NCBI GenBank assembly: GCA_964200185.2
Contig: CAXNAD020000044.1
Span: 1 to 36,613, forward strand
DNA: 36,613 nucleotides
DNA from: Choristocarpus tenellus KU-1152
Taxonomy: Eukaryota > Protista > Phaeophyceae
Direction: 5' to 3'
Positions 11,601 to 21,882 of this stretch are shown piece after piece. Position numbers and translations under genes: made by a program. How positions within the stretch are numbered: the first letter of the stretch is position 1; the number at the start of each line of letters is the position of its first letter. The notes under the pieces were generated by a model, which saw nothing but the letters and a program-made list of their open reading frames with translations, made no database searches and was not told the origin of the DNA.

Positions 11601-14600
11601 AACTTCGAACTTTCATATCACCCATGACGGACACAGATATACTCATTTGGAGTATGAATAATGCTATAATACTACCACTAATAAAGATAGAGTTTACTCC
11701 AGAACACCAACTATTACATCCAAATCTAGCCAATGCACGATGACAGTCCTAACCAGATCAATATTCCACTGCATTACCCCAATCTCGACCCTGATCCTTT
11801 TCCTAAACTAGACTCCAAATAGCAACCTCTAAGGCCTTACTGTTTCCTCAGGTAAATGCTATCTTGGAGATCCTGTCAGATATGGAAGACCTCAAAGATC
11901 TGCCTACAGATACTCTTCTGGACATTGCTCAGGTCGTGGAGTACAGAGTAATGGATAAGCACATGAAGGCCTTCAGACAGGGAGGGGACACTGATGCCAT
12001 GGCAGTAATTCTTTCCGGAAGGTCAGAGCATGGTGACTCTTGCAGGGTGTTACCACTGCTCCTGATGAATTCTATGATATCACATAGAGTAAAAGCATTT
12101 AAGATGGAAGGAGTTTTGCCCTGTTGTCTGTTTGGAGCTTGGCTTCCCACGGGTTTCTTATGCCCTTTCTCGGTTTTCTGTGTGAACACAGTTACCTAGA
12201 ATTTATAGGGACTATGAAAAGTGTGTCTGGGGCAAGGATATGGGCCTCTTCTTAACAAACATGATAGCCAAAATCCACTAAAATAGCAACATTAGATTTA
12301 TTATCCCGAACAGATTCGACCTTACCCTCTTGAATGATTTGGGTCATGACCAATAAACAGATGAAAACAAATCGGGAAAAGGTAAGTAAAAGTTAGTTTA
12401 TAACAAATAATCAGTGCATTTCAACCTTACTTTTACCATGGCTCAATGAACTCCTAGTCTTGTGATGGATCTGTATTGTTTGAGTTGGAGAGAGTGAGGA
12501 ACCCCTACAGCGCTAGATTTTGCCCAGTGTACCAACAGCACCTCTGTCCTGTTTCTATCTGCAGGAAGAGTGGAAGTGCAAAATCAAGCAAGTAAAACTA
12601 GAGCAATGATAATACAGAAGAAACAAAATATCGAGAATAACAACAAATGCCATGTACAAATACTTTGAAGCGATGCTTGAAATTACAATGGGAGTATGGA
12701 GACCAAGTACAGTAGTGTGGTTGATGATGTAAGGGGGGCAGGTACGAAAAGAAAGTCTCCGCTGTTGGAATAGTCAGTATGTCGTACTAACCTGATAGGA
12801 TGCATATCAGAAATATGGAGAATAGATCCCGGTGATACCCCCTACCCCCTCTACATTTTTGTAAAGATAGTGTTAGCATTTTTGTCTGTCACCCCTCCCA
12901 AAAACTGTGTTACTTCGTTCAGTGTGCGAGATGGGGACCTCTTGCCACAGTAATGACTACCTACTCAGCTTCCCTCGTAAATTAAATTGTGGTAGCTAAG
13001 ACTATCTATAACGGTGTCCCTACATATTGTTGGTCGAACTCTGCAGTATGAATGCAAGGGTCGTATTCCTCCACCAATTGCCTCAACCCCCACCTCTGCT
13101 CATCCCCCCCCCCCTCTCCCTCTGCTTGTTGTTGTGTGTCCCTCAGAATTTCAGTGAATTTACGCCGTTCTGATGGAAGTGCTACTACCACGGATGAACT
13201 TGTTGAGGGAGAATCCTTTGGGCAGGCATACATGCTGGAAGGGTTGCGCCTCCAAACAATGGGAAAATCTGATCAAACGTCCCCTGGACAGGAAGATGTG
13301 GATGGTGAAATGACAGACAGTGAGAATCCCGATGTACAAACTATTATCACCAAAGGGATTGAGTCCGGACCAGGGGGTGAGAACGATGATAAATGCATCG
13401 GAGTCAAGGCGGTGGGAGGCAAGTCTTTCGTGACATACCAGGCATTGGAGGTAAGAGGTGTTGGGACTAGCTAATCCTGTTGGCTGATACATTCGAGTTG
13501 GGGTAGGGTTAGGGGGGGGTCGGGGTTGGTCTAGTTGAAATAAACTGTGTATTGAAGTGATGAAGCACATTCTATCCAGGCACATGTTTGCTCTGGAGGT
13601 ATTGGTATTACTTTGCCCTACCTTTACGCTTAGCACAACTCTCATGTGTATATATGAGTGAAAGTATCTTAGGGTTAGGGTACGAGTTTTGCCCTGTTTG
13701 TCCGTTTGGGGCTTGGCTTCCCGTGCTTTTTTTAATATCATTTTCCTACTTCAAAATGTTTCGGAGTAGGTAAAATGTATACATTATGAAAAGGTGTGCG
13801 TAGAGCAAGGAGATTGGTACTTTTTAATTAGCATGATAGTCAAAATTACATCAAAATCGCAACATTGGAATTTGGCCCCCAAATGGACGCGGCTCTACCC
13901 TCTAAGATACTTTGGTTCATATCTTCGAGTCTCTTGGATGCACAAGCAAATCATGGGAGTAACATTTCCTCCTTGATTATGCACCCTAGAAAACATACAA
14001 AAAAAGAATAAAACCATTGTTTTCTGAAGTGTTTGCTAATACCTATAGTACGATACCTTTGACACCATCATTGTTATATGAAAGTCTAGGACTATGTGTT
14101 AACCATATTGCACTACTCTCACCATTGCAGTGTCTGTCTCAAAATCTGCACCTGGCTTTGCCAGTGGACCAGGACTTCCTGAGTGAGATGAGTTCAAGAC
14201 TTTGTCCTGTCAGTCTTACATTATGGAAAACAGAAATTTCTCCCTCTCTGTATATATATAGTCGGTACTGATTCCACTGTGTACAATGAACCTTGAATAT
14301 ACTATTGTGTTCTCTTTCTGTATTAAGTTACACATCCTAGTATTTCACTGTTGCATATGTTCGTCTACCGACACTGCAGAGATACAAGTAAGAGGAGAAA
14401 ATCGAGCTGAGTCAAGGACACAACTCCCAGACTCGTATATCCAACTCAGACACGCCTTCACAATCCCCCTCCCCCAGCCCACGCAACTTTTGCTCATTCT
14501 TCGCAAGGACTTCGTTCGCCTCCCTACCTTGGTTGCAAGGTGCAAAGCGTCTCTCAAGGCGAGTGAGCTTAGGACTGAATGGTATTCAGCTCCAAATGGT

Positions 14601-17600
14601 TCCTGTAAGTCATGCTCACCCAATTTAACACCGTTCCTCAAGTATTTCGGATCTGATTATGGTCTATCGGACAAGCACTCTAGCTTGTTCATCCATCCAC
14701 TTCCCATCCGCACTCCTTTTCCTACCCTGGGGTTTGACTTGGCTGGCATCCTCATATGAAATTGGTATGTTTAACATAAGGAGGACACCTTCGTCTCTAT
14801 CCTGGGTTCCCCCTAACTGTAACCCTCTATCATATTTTGGGTGGGTTGCCTTGCTCTCCACACTCATTTCTAGGAATAGAGTCCCAAACCAGTGCAGGGG
14901 TCTGCGTTCAGAAAACGTAATTGTGAGAGAAGAGGTACTGACAAAAAGGTTTCTAGGGGTAGGTGTCAATCATTCGGATTGCTCCAAATAGGATGGGCCG
15001 ATTGCATTTCCTGCCCTGTGGGGCCTTGATTGAAGGGAGGCGACAATTTTTTTGGGGGGGATGTACAGTTCCTTTGGTCTCAATTCACTCTGTAAGGGAC
15101 TACTTGTAGGAGATGCGCCAGTAAAAGAAAGTAGTAATATCAGCTATCCATCCCTACCACCTTCAAGCAACTCATGGACATTATGTAAATTTCAACTACT
15201 TTATCAACCTAGCCGATGTGACTACCACAAAATAGCAACTGTGGCACACAAGGAGTACTGGCGTGATTCCTCTCTTCTACGTCAATGTCCGACTTGAGGT
15301 TATCGTGACTCTGATGTGGCGAATTAGAAGCCATCGGCCATGGATGGTGTTATTGCCCATTCCTTTCTCCACATGGACCTGTTTCGTTGTCTTTGTATAA
15401 TTGTTGACTCCCACCAATAAGGATACTACAAACCAAGGCCGAGCTCCTTCTAAGAACTTTGAACTCTAGCAAAACAACCCCAAATCGTGAGACAAGTCCT
15501 CTTTCTGCCCTTTGAGCCGAAATGTACTTGATTGCACCTACAATCAAAGCTAATCCGTCTGGTTAAGTTGTGGTCCAACCGGGTCCAAGGATTGATCTAT
15601 GAAATTGGTCTCGGTATGTTGCAACATAATTCCATATCAAGACACAAGATATTACTGGGGTGTTCCTTCCAGCCTTACATTGTACAACATGATAGAACCT
15701 AGCACACCAGACCAAGTTTAATACAACACTCCAAGCTCTAACCCCAAACGGAATACACAGCGAATCTTTGATACCATTCAAAGGTCCGGGCTCTTTTCCA
15801 AGTGGGAAATGGAGGATATGATGAGACTGGTCAGGATGTCTCGGATACAGACACACCCCTTCGAGGAAGTAATTGTCAAGCAGAGGGAGGTATGTGATTT
15901 CTGCTTGTTATTCCTCCTTCTCTTTCAGTTCACGAAGTCGTATCCCCCTCCATTCACCTGACCAAACTGATTTCAACCTCCCCTGATTGGAGGATGACTT
16001 GTCCTTTAATGTCATTTCCACTTCTAGTTGCATCTGCAGTTGCTACATTTGTAAATAGAAAAATTGAAGTCAGTTAGTCCAATCCCATAAAAGCAAACAC
16101 ACACCAATGATGAATTCCGTCGTATCTATTTTGTAGCAATACCTTGAACACACAATGCAGTTTCTGCAAGTTTCTATATATATTTCCCATCTCAGTCTTT
16201 AAAAAGCAAGAAGATAATCTAATTGTGATATTGAAAAAGGGCTCAACTCATCCGATAATAGGGATAGTAATATATACAACGATTTTCCTGAATCTCACGT
16301 GTTGGCCAAGCAGGAGCCAACCCATTTGCACATCCTGTTCTCGGGGATATGCACCGTCACCAAGTGTCCAGACAGAATCTCAGCTATTAACAGAAAGTTG
16401 CTCGAGCTGAAGGCTTCCCTGCATCGAATCAAGACTAAGTATGCCTACAACAGAGTGCTACGGGGGGTTCAGGTGCAGCCTACTCCTCACAATTGGGTGC
16501 ACTCGTAGCTGGCACTTGACATAAATGTTTGAGCTAGGTCAAAGGATAGCGCTAAGGCAATTAGGATTAATCTGAGGTATGATTTCTATGTCATATTGGA
16601 CATGTGGAGAAGTCCGATTTGTATCTCAACACAGGGTAGGTATACGGTCCACGAAAAAACCCTGGGAGGGCTATAGAGTCCAGGCTTACGTGTATTATTG
16701 TACAAATAATAGCCTTGCTCAAAGTGGGGAACACTGTGTTGGTTCGAGTACGTGACAGAGACTACGGGAAACTCTACCTCTAACATGGGAATGTGATATT
16801 GCTCATTAGGAGGTGGAATGCAGCTTTAGATAGAAATTGATTTCCGGAGGAAATTAGGTCTTGTTCTTACTTTTCCATGGTACCATATGTTGAAACAACA
16901 CTCCCTTCTGTGCACTGTTGTGCCCTACAAACACACGTTTAATGAGTTTTAGAGCACAGAATTAAATCAAATCGGGAAATGCAGAAGATTTGACACACAA
17001 ACCATGTCACATTTTTGGAAAGAATTGAAACGATTCAATCCAGTCTCAGAAGCATTGTGGGTGTACATGAGGAAGTCTGCCTTGGTGCTGAGCCTTTCAC
17101 ACACACCACCACCACGCAGACACCCCTTCAGGCTGCTGATGTGATTGCTTTCAAGAACGACCGAGTGGGCACGGGAGCAGGACATAGAACGAGAATCAAG
17201 AACCATGTACCTACAAAGATGGAGCTTGAAAGAACACAGGCTCTGGCTGATCAATTAAACAGCCAACATGTGACCATGGCAGAGGTATAGCAGTCCCAAT
17301 TCTGATATATACACCTTTAACCTCCTTCCAACACCCTTACTCCAATCCTTCATCAATATATAAAACTGTTCTTGGCAATAGTTGCTGCTGCCCACAAACC
17401 CTTGTTGTGAACTCCTTACCACAAGAATCTTCTTCGAGCCTTGAACCACATACACTCAAAGTACTATCATGGTGCACACATCAATCGGAGCAGGTCCGCA
17501 AAGAGGAACTGGAAAAGGAAGTTCGCCTGTGGGAGAGGACATTAGCGAACGCCAAGAAGAAGTGCAGTGAACAGCCCAACACATCCCAGGTGAAGTCTTC

Positions 17601-20600
17601 ATTGACAGAAAAATGTTTTCACACAATGGGACACAAATGTAGGGAACTCCAACGATTGACAGAGCGTCAAAGGCCTGTCTCTTGAAGATTGCTATACTAA
17701 TACCTCCCCTGGCAAATCAAAACCTCACCATCATGCGACACTTCAGTGCCCGGGAAAGGCCCCGATTACCTCTAAGCAAGGATCATTCAGTAGTTATTAT
17801 TCAAGCAACAACTAAGGAGAGTTGAGACACCCTGGAAACGTTATAGACTCCTGATCCCTAGATATCGTTCACATGCTCCAAAAAATGCAAACTCAGTACA
17901 ATTTCCTTCAAATGCTGAGTGTGTTTGCCATTACCATCCAGCCATAGTCCCTATCCTACTCACCTCCTTTGGTTCTCTTGTTCCTCTCATCTCTTTCTAT
18001 TGCCTCCTTGGTCGGCCACCTCCTACCCTCCCTCACGTTCCTTCCAACCTCTATTCCCTTCCTTCACGCTATTTTTCATCTCCTATGATAACTTCTAATG
18101 CCTGTCTCAGACACAGACCGTGGCAACACTTCACCCACCCAAAATCTTTGGGGAGAGTTGTGTGCTTGTCCCTGAAGGAGGGGAGTCACTGGGAACAGTT
18201 ATAGCTAACACCCTAGTAAAGACGGTAAGCCCTCTCAACAAAACGAGGGATGGGGATGAAATCCAAGTCTGCATAGTTGTACACTTGGATATTTCTTCTT
18301 GGTTTTTAACGCAAGGAATCACAGCCTTCGTGCTGCTACCGAGCAGGAACAACTGGACATTCCTGTAACAGACCTCCGAATGAGAAAATTGTGAGGGTAG
18401 GACGACTAGAAACCATAATTGCTGTCAACATTGATGCACGCCCACCCTCTCTACTATACCCAGGTTGTGGCTGTTTTGCATTTAATATAAGCTTTCAATC
18501 TCTTGCAATTCACCCAGGTTTCTGTGGATGAAGTGCTAAGCTTGACCAATGAGCGTTGATTTCTCCATTGCTTGCAAAAAAATTACAGAAATCAGAAAAT
18601 TTTCTACACCCATTTGTAGCATAAAGCCGGATTTTGCACACGTTAGTCATCCTCAAAATATCATCATAAATGTAACTTTAGATGCCTCTTGTTTCCTTTG
18701 GCTCAGAGTTAGAACGATCCATTTGATTGATATGGTTGATCATGGTCATGCACCCAGTCCATGCACTCCCTACTACAGAAATATTGTAATTCAGAGTAGG
18801 TGCTCACATGTAAGGAGTTTGACCCAAAGCAACTAAGAGGGTAGGGCCGCATCCGTTCAAGGTGATAAATCGAATATTGCAATTTCGATCGATTTTGGCT
18901 ATCACGTTTGTTAGCAAGTGTCAATATCCTTGCTGCGGACATACCTTTCATAGTCGTGTACAATTTTCCTACTCTGATATGTTTTGGAATAGGTAACTGT
19001 GTTCACACAGAAAACCTAAAAAGGGCACAAAAACCCATGAGAAGCCAGTCCCTAAACAGACAAACAGAGCAAAACTCTTACCTTCTTAAATCCTTTGGAT
19101 ATCTCTTCTCATTGGTTGTTAAACATGTTTTTATGGACTCTTGGTAAGAACCCTGTATGTAGTAGCCATGAATGACATCAAAAGGATACCACCATGCCAC
19201 ATAAAGAGCAGTAGTGCATCCCTAATTGCAATGCTGGCTCCATCTCTGTTATTGGCAGGTATCAATTAGCAAGTACGTCCTGCAGACCTTTCAAATTACT
19301 GACTCATTCTTAGAAGGAGTGAGGAATAAGGCGTGCCACTATCCTGAGGACATCACCCTAGCCAAGGTGATTGATATCTTTTCTCCAAGATTTGTTCTGT
19401 GTTTGGCAATGTGCTGAGCTATTGTTGAAGTGAGAAATTGAAGGGAAACGGCATGGCATTGGTTCATTTCCACATACCAAACTATCACTTGTTGTGATTA
19501 GAGCGAGTTGCCCAACGCACAGCAGGAAATGAAAATGGTACATGAAAGGGAGGGATCCCGATGAAGTCTAGTCATCACCTAAACGGAGAAAATCTTTGTA
19601 AATTAAAAGATCAAAATTGGGGTAGAAAGTATTTCAACCCTGGTCACAGCAGTGCTGTATCCTTACCTTGATATATTAAAAGACCTGTATCGCCTAGGTT
19701 TTCTACTTGTTGTCCTTGAGAAGCAATTCTTCAAGGGCAACAAGATATAATGAAACGCATGTTGCCTCACTTGTAGCCCTCTCTTCAGCATGTTGTACTA
19801 ATTTGCTGTTGATATTGCCAACGTCCTGACAAACTAATTCATTCTTCTGCTGAGCAAAACATATGCAGCTCCAGCATATAAACAAACATGCTTTGTTCCC
19901 ATGGTGATTTTTCTCAACAGTCCATTGAAACAGACTTGTGGTGGTCTGGAAAACGTCGAGAGCTGGTACTTGAGGTGAGTGCCTATCTACTCCTCACATA
20001 TTCTCTTAATGAGCCAAAGTATCTTAGAGGATAGAGCCGTGTCCATTTTGGGGCCAATATCCAATGTTGCGATTATGATGTAATTTTGGCTATAGTTTTT
20101 TTTAGAAAGTGTCAATATCCATGTTCTGGACACATCTTTCATAACATATTCACTTTACCTTCTCCTAAACATTTTGGAGTAGAAAAAATGTCATAAAAGA
20201 ACCCATAGGAAGCCAAGCCCCAAATGGACAAACAGGGCAAAATTCGTACCTTCTAAGATACGTTCACTCAATTTCACATCCTAGAGTAAACCTCGATCTG
20301 GGATACTTTGTACTTTTCCAATATGATGCCATGACAACGTTGTCCGCACCAGACATTACTACAACCTCTGAGAAGTTGAAAAAACAGTGAAGCACAGAGA
20401 ACAGCCTGGTATGGTGTGCCCTGAGAATATCAGGGCAACGTTATCCAAACTGAACAAAAATTAGCAAAGATCGAAGAGCAGGGATCTGACCATGTTGTTG
20501 GTCAATTGATAGTTGGATTGCATCTTCTTCTTCAAGTGAGCCAAGGATAGATACTAAAACATCAACATATGCTGCAAAGCAGACTACTCATATCATACAT

Positions 20601-21882
20601 TTTCCCACAGTACCTGAAGTGAGTTCGACCTATCATTTTAGACTTGAGTCAATCTCAATATTTTTTTCTTGAAGTATGGAGGTTCGGAAGAAGAATCTTA
20701 AGAGAAGATCGGTCTGGATATCAAACACAATTTCTTTGGCATCCTTTTCCATTCTCACTGCACCCAGCACGAACTAAGTGGAGGGTGGACATGTATGTCA
20801 TACCTAAGTGATCCGCAATAGCACCAAAATTATCTGGTGCTGTAATCTAACCTCATTCGAGCTATTACCACTTCCTCTCCATCTCTGAAATCTCCTAATT
20901 CTATACTGATAGTTGCGTCCTTGCGTGGTATCATTGATATGTAGTGGATACGATACGATAAGGACCATTGCTATTCCGTACAGTTGCTGTTGGGGAAAAA
21001 CATTATATCGCTCTTTGCAATGTCATGGTGCCGCCCTGTGGAATGACACAGAGCCAAAATCAAGTGCAGATGAGCAATTTTTTGAAGGAATCAAGGACAT
21101 TGATCAATCCCTTACCATCGACACCCCTGGAAGAGATTGAGGAAACTACAATTGAACAAGTACAAAAGTACCTTTATTCTGCAGCATGTCCATCAAAAGA
21201 ACGGGTGCAAGGATTGCATTTGACAGATAAATACACTCGAGTTGTCTAGTAGGAGCACACAATGTGATCTCCATCATTCTGATATTTCGATATTATAACG
21301 ATATTCTGTTAGCCTTACAACCTTCTTAGAGCCAAACAGCATCTCCAATATTATCTTCGAGTACAAGTATCTTAGAGGGTACGAGTTTTGCCCTGTTTGT
21401 CCTTTAGGGGCTTGGCTTCCCACGGGTTTTTAGTGACATTTTACCTACTCCGAAATATTTCGGAGTAGGTAAAATGTATACATCATGAAAAGGTGTGTCC
21501 GGAACAAGGGTATTGACACTTCTTAACAAACACAATAGCAAAAAATTCATCAAAATCGCAACATCAGAATTTGACCCCCAAACGGACGCAGCTCTACCCT
21601 CTAAGATACGTTGACTCTTTACGCCTTTGCAAGGCCTTGTGTGGTTGCTATCGGGACTCTTGTGTTGCAATTGGATGTGTCATTCAGGTATGTATCCAAC
21701 CTTCTGTTCATGTATTTCGTTTATCTGATGATATGTATGCATGTGTAACATGAAATATGCTCATATTCCTTGCGTTTTATACCCAACGACAGGAGTTGAC
21801 TGGACCTCCTGCATGTGAACGAGCATCCAAGAACCAGAAGCTCATACGAAAAAGACCTCTTCGACCTCATACATCAGGATGA
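1941..21882 (+). CDS. Large multi-exon protein: atypical receiver (REC) domain + TPR repeats + two cyclic-nucleotide-binding (CNB) domains
   Basis: Frame-consistent exon chain: 1941(or 1791)-2300, 2420-2656, 4127-4287, 4570-6211, 7122-7232, 7527-7702, 7906-7993, 8385-9179, 9480-9590, 11852-12021, 13147-13450, 14478-14558, 15761-15889, 16314-16472, 17132-17284, 17494-17589, 18111-18224, 19259-19366, 19921-19974 (5,049 nt, 1,683 codons). Tentative last exons 21634-21687 and 21793-21882. Domain motifs continue across junctions. Confidence 0.75.
3267..3526 (+). mobile_element. MITE copy 1, subfamily A, forward
   Basis: TIRs GAGTGAAAGTATCTTAGAGGGTA ... TACCCTCTAAGATACTTTGACTC; internal CCTACTCC/GGAGTAGG hairpin; body shared with 8 other copies. 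Confidence 0.9.
4570..6211 (+). CDS. Large low-complexity exon (Ser/Lys/Gly-rich linker leading into the first TPR)
   Basis: 560-aa ORF 4562..6244; donor AAG|GTGAGC at 6211; the acceptor position is less certain. Confidence 0.85.
6432..6686 (-). mobile_element. MITE copy 2, subfamily A, reverse
   Basis: GAGCCAGGTTATCTTATAGGGTAG ... GTACCCACTAAGATACTTTCACTC; reverse complement of the copy 1 body. Confidence 0.9.
7122..7993 (+). CDS. TPR-repeat exons (7122-7232, 7527-7702, 7906-7993)
   Basis: ALHHYKKAVQFDPEN...RAVVSAHLGDYFDAIKGFTAAI...FNRSIASTALGDDEGALEDLDLAV...YNRALILRRLGDYRRAQHDY are typical TPR helices; GT-AG junctions, phases 0/0/2/0 match. Confidence 0.9.
8385..9179 (+). CDS. Disordered linker exon between TPR and CNB regions
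   Basis: Part of ORF 8331..9275 bounded by CAG acceptor (8384 or 8387) and AAG|GTGTGC donor; phase 0/0. Confidence 0.8.
9480..14558 (+). CDS. First CNB domain (exons 9480-9590, 11852-12021, 13147-13450, 14478-14558)
   Basis: PGKRT..|LKDLPTDTLLDIAQ...FRQGGDTDAMAVILSGR|ISV...LVEGESFGQ...TYQALE|PTQLLLILRKDF follows the CAP_ED/cNMP-binding pattern. Confidence 0.85.
9686..9930 (-). mobile_element. MITE copy 3, subfamily B, reverse, one TIR lost
   Basis: Ends TACCCTCTTAAATGCTTTGGATCTC; carries the B-specific GTGTTCACACAGAAAACCGAAAAAGGGC segment. Confidence 0.85.
10146..10399 (+). mobile_element. MITE copy 4, subfamily B, forward
   Basis: GAGTGAAAGCATTTGAGAGGGTA ... TACCTCCTTAAATGCTTTGGCT; CTGTGTGAACACAG segment; internal hairpin deleted. 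Confidence 0.9.
10475..11310. repeat. Cluster of dispersed CATGTCC/CATGGCC-type motifs, probable decayed DNA-transposon subterminal repeats
   Basis: CATGTCC or one-mismatch variants recur many times in 10545-10830, GGTCCCACAATT occurs twice, and related or inverted motifs occur in 11120-11300. Confidence 0.5.
12087..12345 (+). mobile_element. MITE copy 5, subfamily B, forward
   Basis: GAGTAAAAGCATTTAAGATGG ... TACCCTCTTGAATGATTTGGGTC; same internal deletion as copy 4. Confidence 0.85.
13656..13918 (+). mobile_element. MITE copy 6, subfamily A, forward
   Basis: GAGTGAAAGTATCTTAGGGTTAGGGTA ... TACCCTCTAAGATACTTTGGTTC; ATAT on both flanks. Confidence 0.9.
15761..19974 (+). CDS. Second CNB domain with large insertion, plus C-terminal helices
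   Basis: GLFSKWEMEDMMRL...EVIVKQRE|EPTHLHILFSGICTVTK...(insert)...VATLHPPKIFGESCVL...GTVIANTLVKT|VSISK; all phase-0 junctions. Confidence 0.8.
18821..19105 (-). mobile_element. MITE copy 7, subfamily B, reverse
   Basis: GACCCAAAGCAACTAAGAGGGTAG ... TACCTTCTTAAATCCTTTGGATATCTC; has both the hairpin and CTGTGTTCACACAG. Confidence 0.85.
20011..20269 (-). mobile_element. MITE copy 8, subfamily A, reverse
   Basis: GAGCCAAAGTATCTTAGAGGATAG ... GTACCTTCTAAGATACGTTCACTC. Confidence 0.9.
21359..21617 (+). mobile_element. MITE copy 9, subfamily A, forward
   Basis: GAGTACAAGTATCTTAGAGGGTA ... TACCCTCTAAGATACGTTGACTC; contains a perfect 42-bp palindrome at 21436-21477. Confidence 0.9.

Noticed and set aside
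14600-15700. Possible old retroelement debris in this intron (also 2700-3200)
   Set aside because: No recognisable RT, integrase or terminal-repeat motif could be identified by eye.
20913-21249. ORFs 20913..21140 and 20968..21249 as terminal exon or separate gene
   Set aside because: No recognisable motif or convincing in-phase junction; left unassigned.
3267-21617. MITE copies as introner elements that create introns
   Set aside because: Their ends do not coincide with splice sites; each sits inside a longer intron with its own donor and acceptor.
3267-21617. Repeats as a CRISPR array or regular tandem array
   Set aside because: Units are ~260 bp, dispersed, in both orientations and TIR-bounded; no spacer periodicity or cas genes.
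6529-21753. Similar short ORFs (6529..6756, 9750..10034, 10065..10319, 13588..13773, 18908..19147, 21404..21670) as a peptide gene family
   Set aside because: They are chance translations of MITE copies, with inconsistent frames, starts and stops.
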